A DNA stretch of 64,000 bases from the human T2T-CHM13v2.0 reference genome, Homo sapiens. Each line of letters begins with the position of its first letter. The first letter of the stretch is position 1. A model generated the notes under the pieces. The model did no database searches, was not told where the DNA came from, and saw only the letters and a list, made by a program, of their open reading frames with translations. The position numbers and the translations under genes were made by a program. This document shows, in pieces, positions 61,811 through 64,000 of the stretch. The DNA lies in assembly GCF_009914755.1 (NCBI RefSeq), contig NC_060925.1. One strand, written 5' to 3'.

Positions 61811-61897
61811 TCTGGTCAGAGGAAAAACCAAAAGTCCAGTCACACTCTTTAAGGGTAATAGGACTCTAAGTTCTGACCAGATTTTGGTTTTTCCTCT
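61811..61897. repeat. Inverted repeat / hairpin
   Basis: AGAGGAAAAACCAAAA (61818-61833) pairs perfectly with 61882-61897. TCTGGTCAGA (61811-61820) pairs perfectly with 61872-61881. Confidence 0.9.
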
Positions 61898-62393
61898 AAT
61901 GAAATACAAATAAAAAGTTTTCTTAGATTAAGATAAGACATCAAGTTTCTGATTTATAGCAGATAGAACCTCAGAGAAAAGGATGCTTCACATGACACTG
62001 GACTGCATTTGCATTACACTGATTATTGTGAGAGAACTGAGATAAAAATGATGTATTTAATCAATTAAAATTTTATTTTAATTAATTTTAATTTAGTTAG
62101 ATAATTTCATTTAATTGATACATTCAATTAATATATAATTTAATTAATATTTTTACTTAATTAAAATGTAATTATTTTAAAATATGTAACATAATTCTGT
62201 ATCACTAGCCTCTTAGAGAAGGCCATATTTTACACATATGTGAAAAGTTCTTTGAAGGAGAAATTCAATATCATTATCCATATTATTTATGTGTTTTGGG
62301 AAAGGTCAGGACAAGGCACTAGGGTTGACATCATTATCCATTGTGGTGGTCACTTGACTTTCCTTATTTAATTTTATTTAAATTAAAAATATT

Positions 62394-62703
62394 GGTTGGA
62401 TGCAGTGGCTCACACCTGTGATCCCAACACTTTGAGATGCCAAAGGGGGCAGATGGCTTTGAGCTCAGGAGTTCAAGACCAGCCTGGGCAACATGGTGAA
62501 ACCCTGTCTCTAAAAAAAACACAAATATTAGTCAGACATGATGGCTCATGCCTGTGGTCCCAGCTACTCAGGAGTCTGAGGTCAGAGGATCCCTTGAGCC
62601 TGGGAAGCAGAGGTTGCAGTGAGCCAAGATTGTGCCACTGCACTCCAGCCCGGGTGACAGAGTAAGACTCTGTCAAAAATAAAATAAAATAAAATAAATA
62701 AAA
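62394..62703 (+). mobile_element. AluJ
   Basis: Diverged dimer (TTGAGCTCAGGAGTTCAAG, GAGGATCCCTTGAGCC) with a (TAAAA)n tail. Confidence 0.9.
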
Positions 62704-63069
62704 TTGAATAATCTTTGAATTCTAACCTAGACTCTTACCAGGTGGAAAAACTTATCTGGAATGAAAATAAAATTAACTGAGAATTACCTCTGTGTTAGGC
62801 ATTATCCTTGGCATTGTTGATTATTTCACTATACCTGAAAAATATTACAAGTCAGGCATTTTTTTTCCTCAGTATTATTTTAAGGTGGAATTTAGAAAGA
62901 TATGACAACTAATAAGTCAAAAAAACTGAATGTTGGCAATAAGTTCATATGACTCGATTGAACAAAATTGTTCATTCTGTTTGAAGTTATACATTAATCA
63001 ATTTTTAAATTATAATGTCTTTTATATTTTTGCCTTTACAATAAGTAATATTCTAGTTTTCTTTATTAT

Positions 63070-64000
63070 ATTTTTGTCAAACAAAATCAAAAAGTAAAAT
63101 TTTAAAAATGAGAATACTTTGTTTGATTCTATGTAAATAAATATGACAACCTAAAGAAAATATGCAACTTTTTAGAGTAAATTAATCACAAAAATGAAGA
63201 AAACATTGAAAACTAAACAAAAAAAATCATATATAAAATTAATAAACATGGCAGAGTAACACTCGGATAGTGAGGTAATGAAGGGTTTAAGTTAAATGTT
63301 TAAACCTTCAGAACTTAAACCAACCAGTTGTGCTAATTCTATTTACATTATTAAAGAGAACTAAGAAATGCAATGCTTGCCAACATCTTTTATAAAAGCA
63401 GTAGAACATTGATACCAATACCTGCCAAAGGCAGGTTGACAAAAAAATCTTTCAAGCTAATTTTTGTATGTTAATACACAATCCAAAATAAAATTATATT
63501 TTAATGAACTATTAGAATAATCTACTAATATTTGAAAATAATATACCCTATAAACAGTTTATAAGTGGAATGCAAAGATGGTTCAATATTAGAAATTTAA
63601 TGTAATTAATTATGTCAATAAGTTAAAGTGAAAAATTTGTATTTTTCATAATATGGTATTAGTTAAGATAAAAGTTAAACTGCAAGACTTTAAAGTAACA
63701 CCAGACTAGGATGCAAGATGAACAAATTAGTTAAAATAGTGTGCACTGAAAACAAAAATATTCCACGTGTTACTGATTTTGAAAAATTTCAAAGTACTAG
63801 AGAACAGAAATAAAAATACATCTTGAATAACTATGACCTTTTGTCTAGAAAAGATTGATAACATAAGAGGCTTTTGTTTTTGTTTTGTTTTATCCATAAA
63901 TAATTTGTTATGACACATTATCTTGAGGAATTACAGAAACATTAGCATAAAAGAGTTTAAGTCTACAAATTAAAAAATTAAATTCTACAAGTTATTTTCC
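63070..64000 (+). mobile_element. Old L1ME-like ORF2 remnant
   Basis: GGAATGCAAAGATGGTTCAATATTAGAAA and other A-rich decayed L1 text. Confidence 0.6.

Overview
This is human nuclear DNA: it carries an AluYa5 with all five diagnostic bases. The window is AT-rich, gene-poor, and intronic or intergenic, and I recognise no host protein-coding exon. It is dominated by transposon fossils of many ages. The main ones are a full-length but inactivated L1PA2-type LINE-1 (4479-10503, with TSD), a 5'-truncated L1PA3-type copy, two Tigger1 DNA transposons (one near full-length with a nested MER30), eight Alus, several solo ERV/MaLR LTRs (including a triple nest at 41.9-43.5 kb), an ERVL/HERV16-type remnant, MER53, and many L2, MIR and old L1M fragments. 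All long ORFs derive from L1 or Tigger1; the remainder look spurious. I found no convincing new biological system. The best leads are: an open, extended L1 ORF0; an octamer-multiplied LTR9-like solo LTR; a ~125-bp direct repeat bracketing a candidate non-coding exon; a permuted inverted repeat at 61.8 kb; and two motif-dense unique blocks that may be enhancers. Repeat subfamily names come from recalled consensus sequences and need RepeatMasker/Dfam confirmation. Boundaries of old repeats are approximate.
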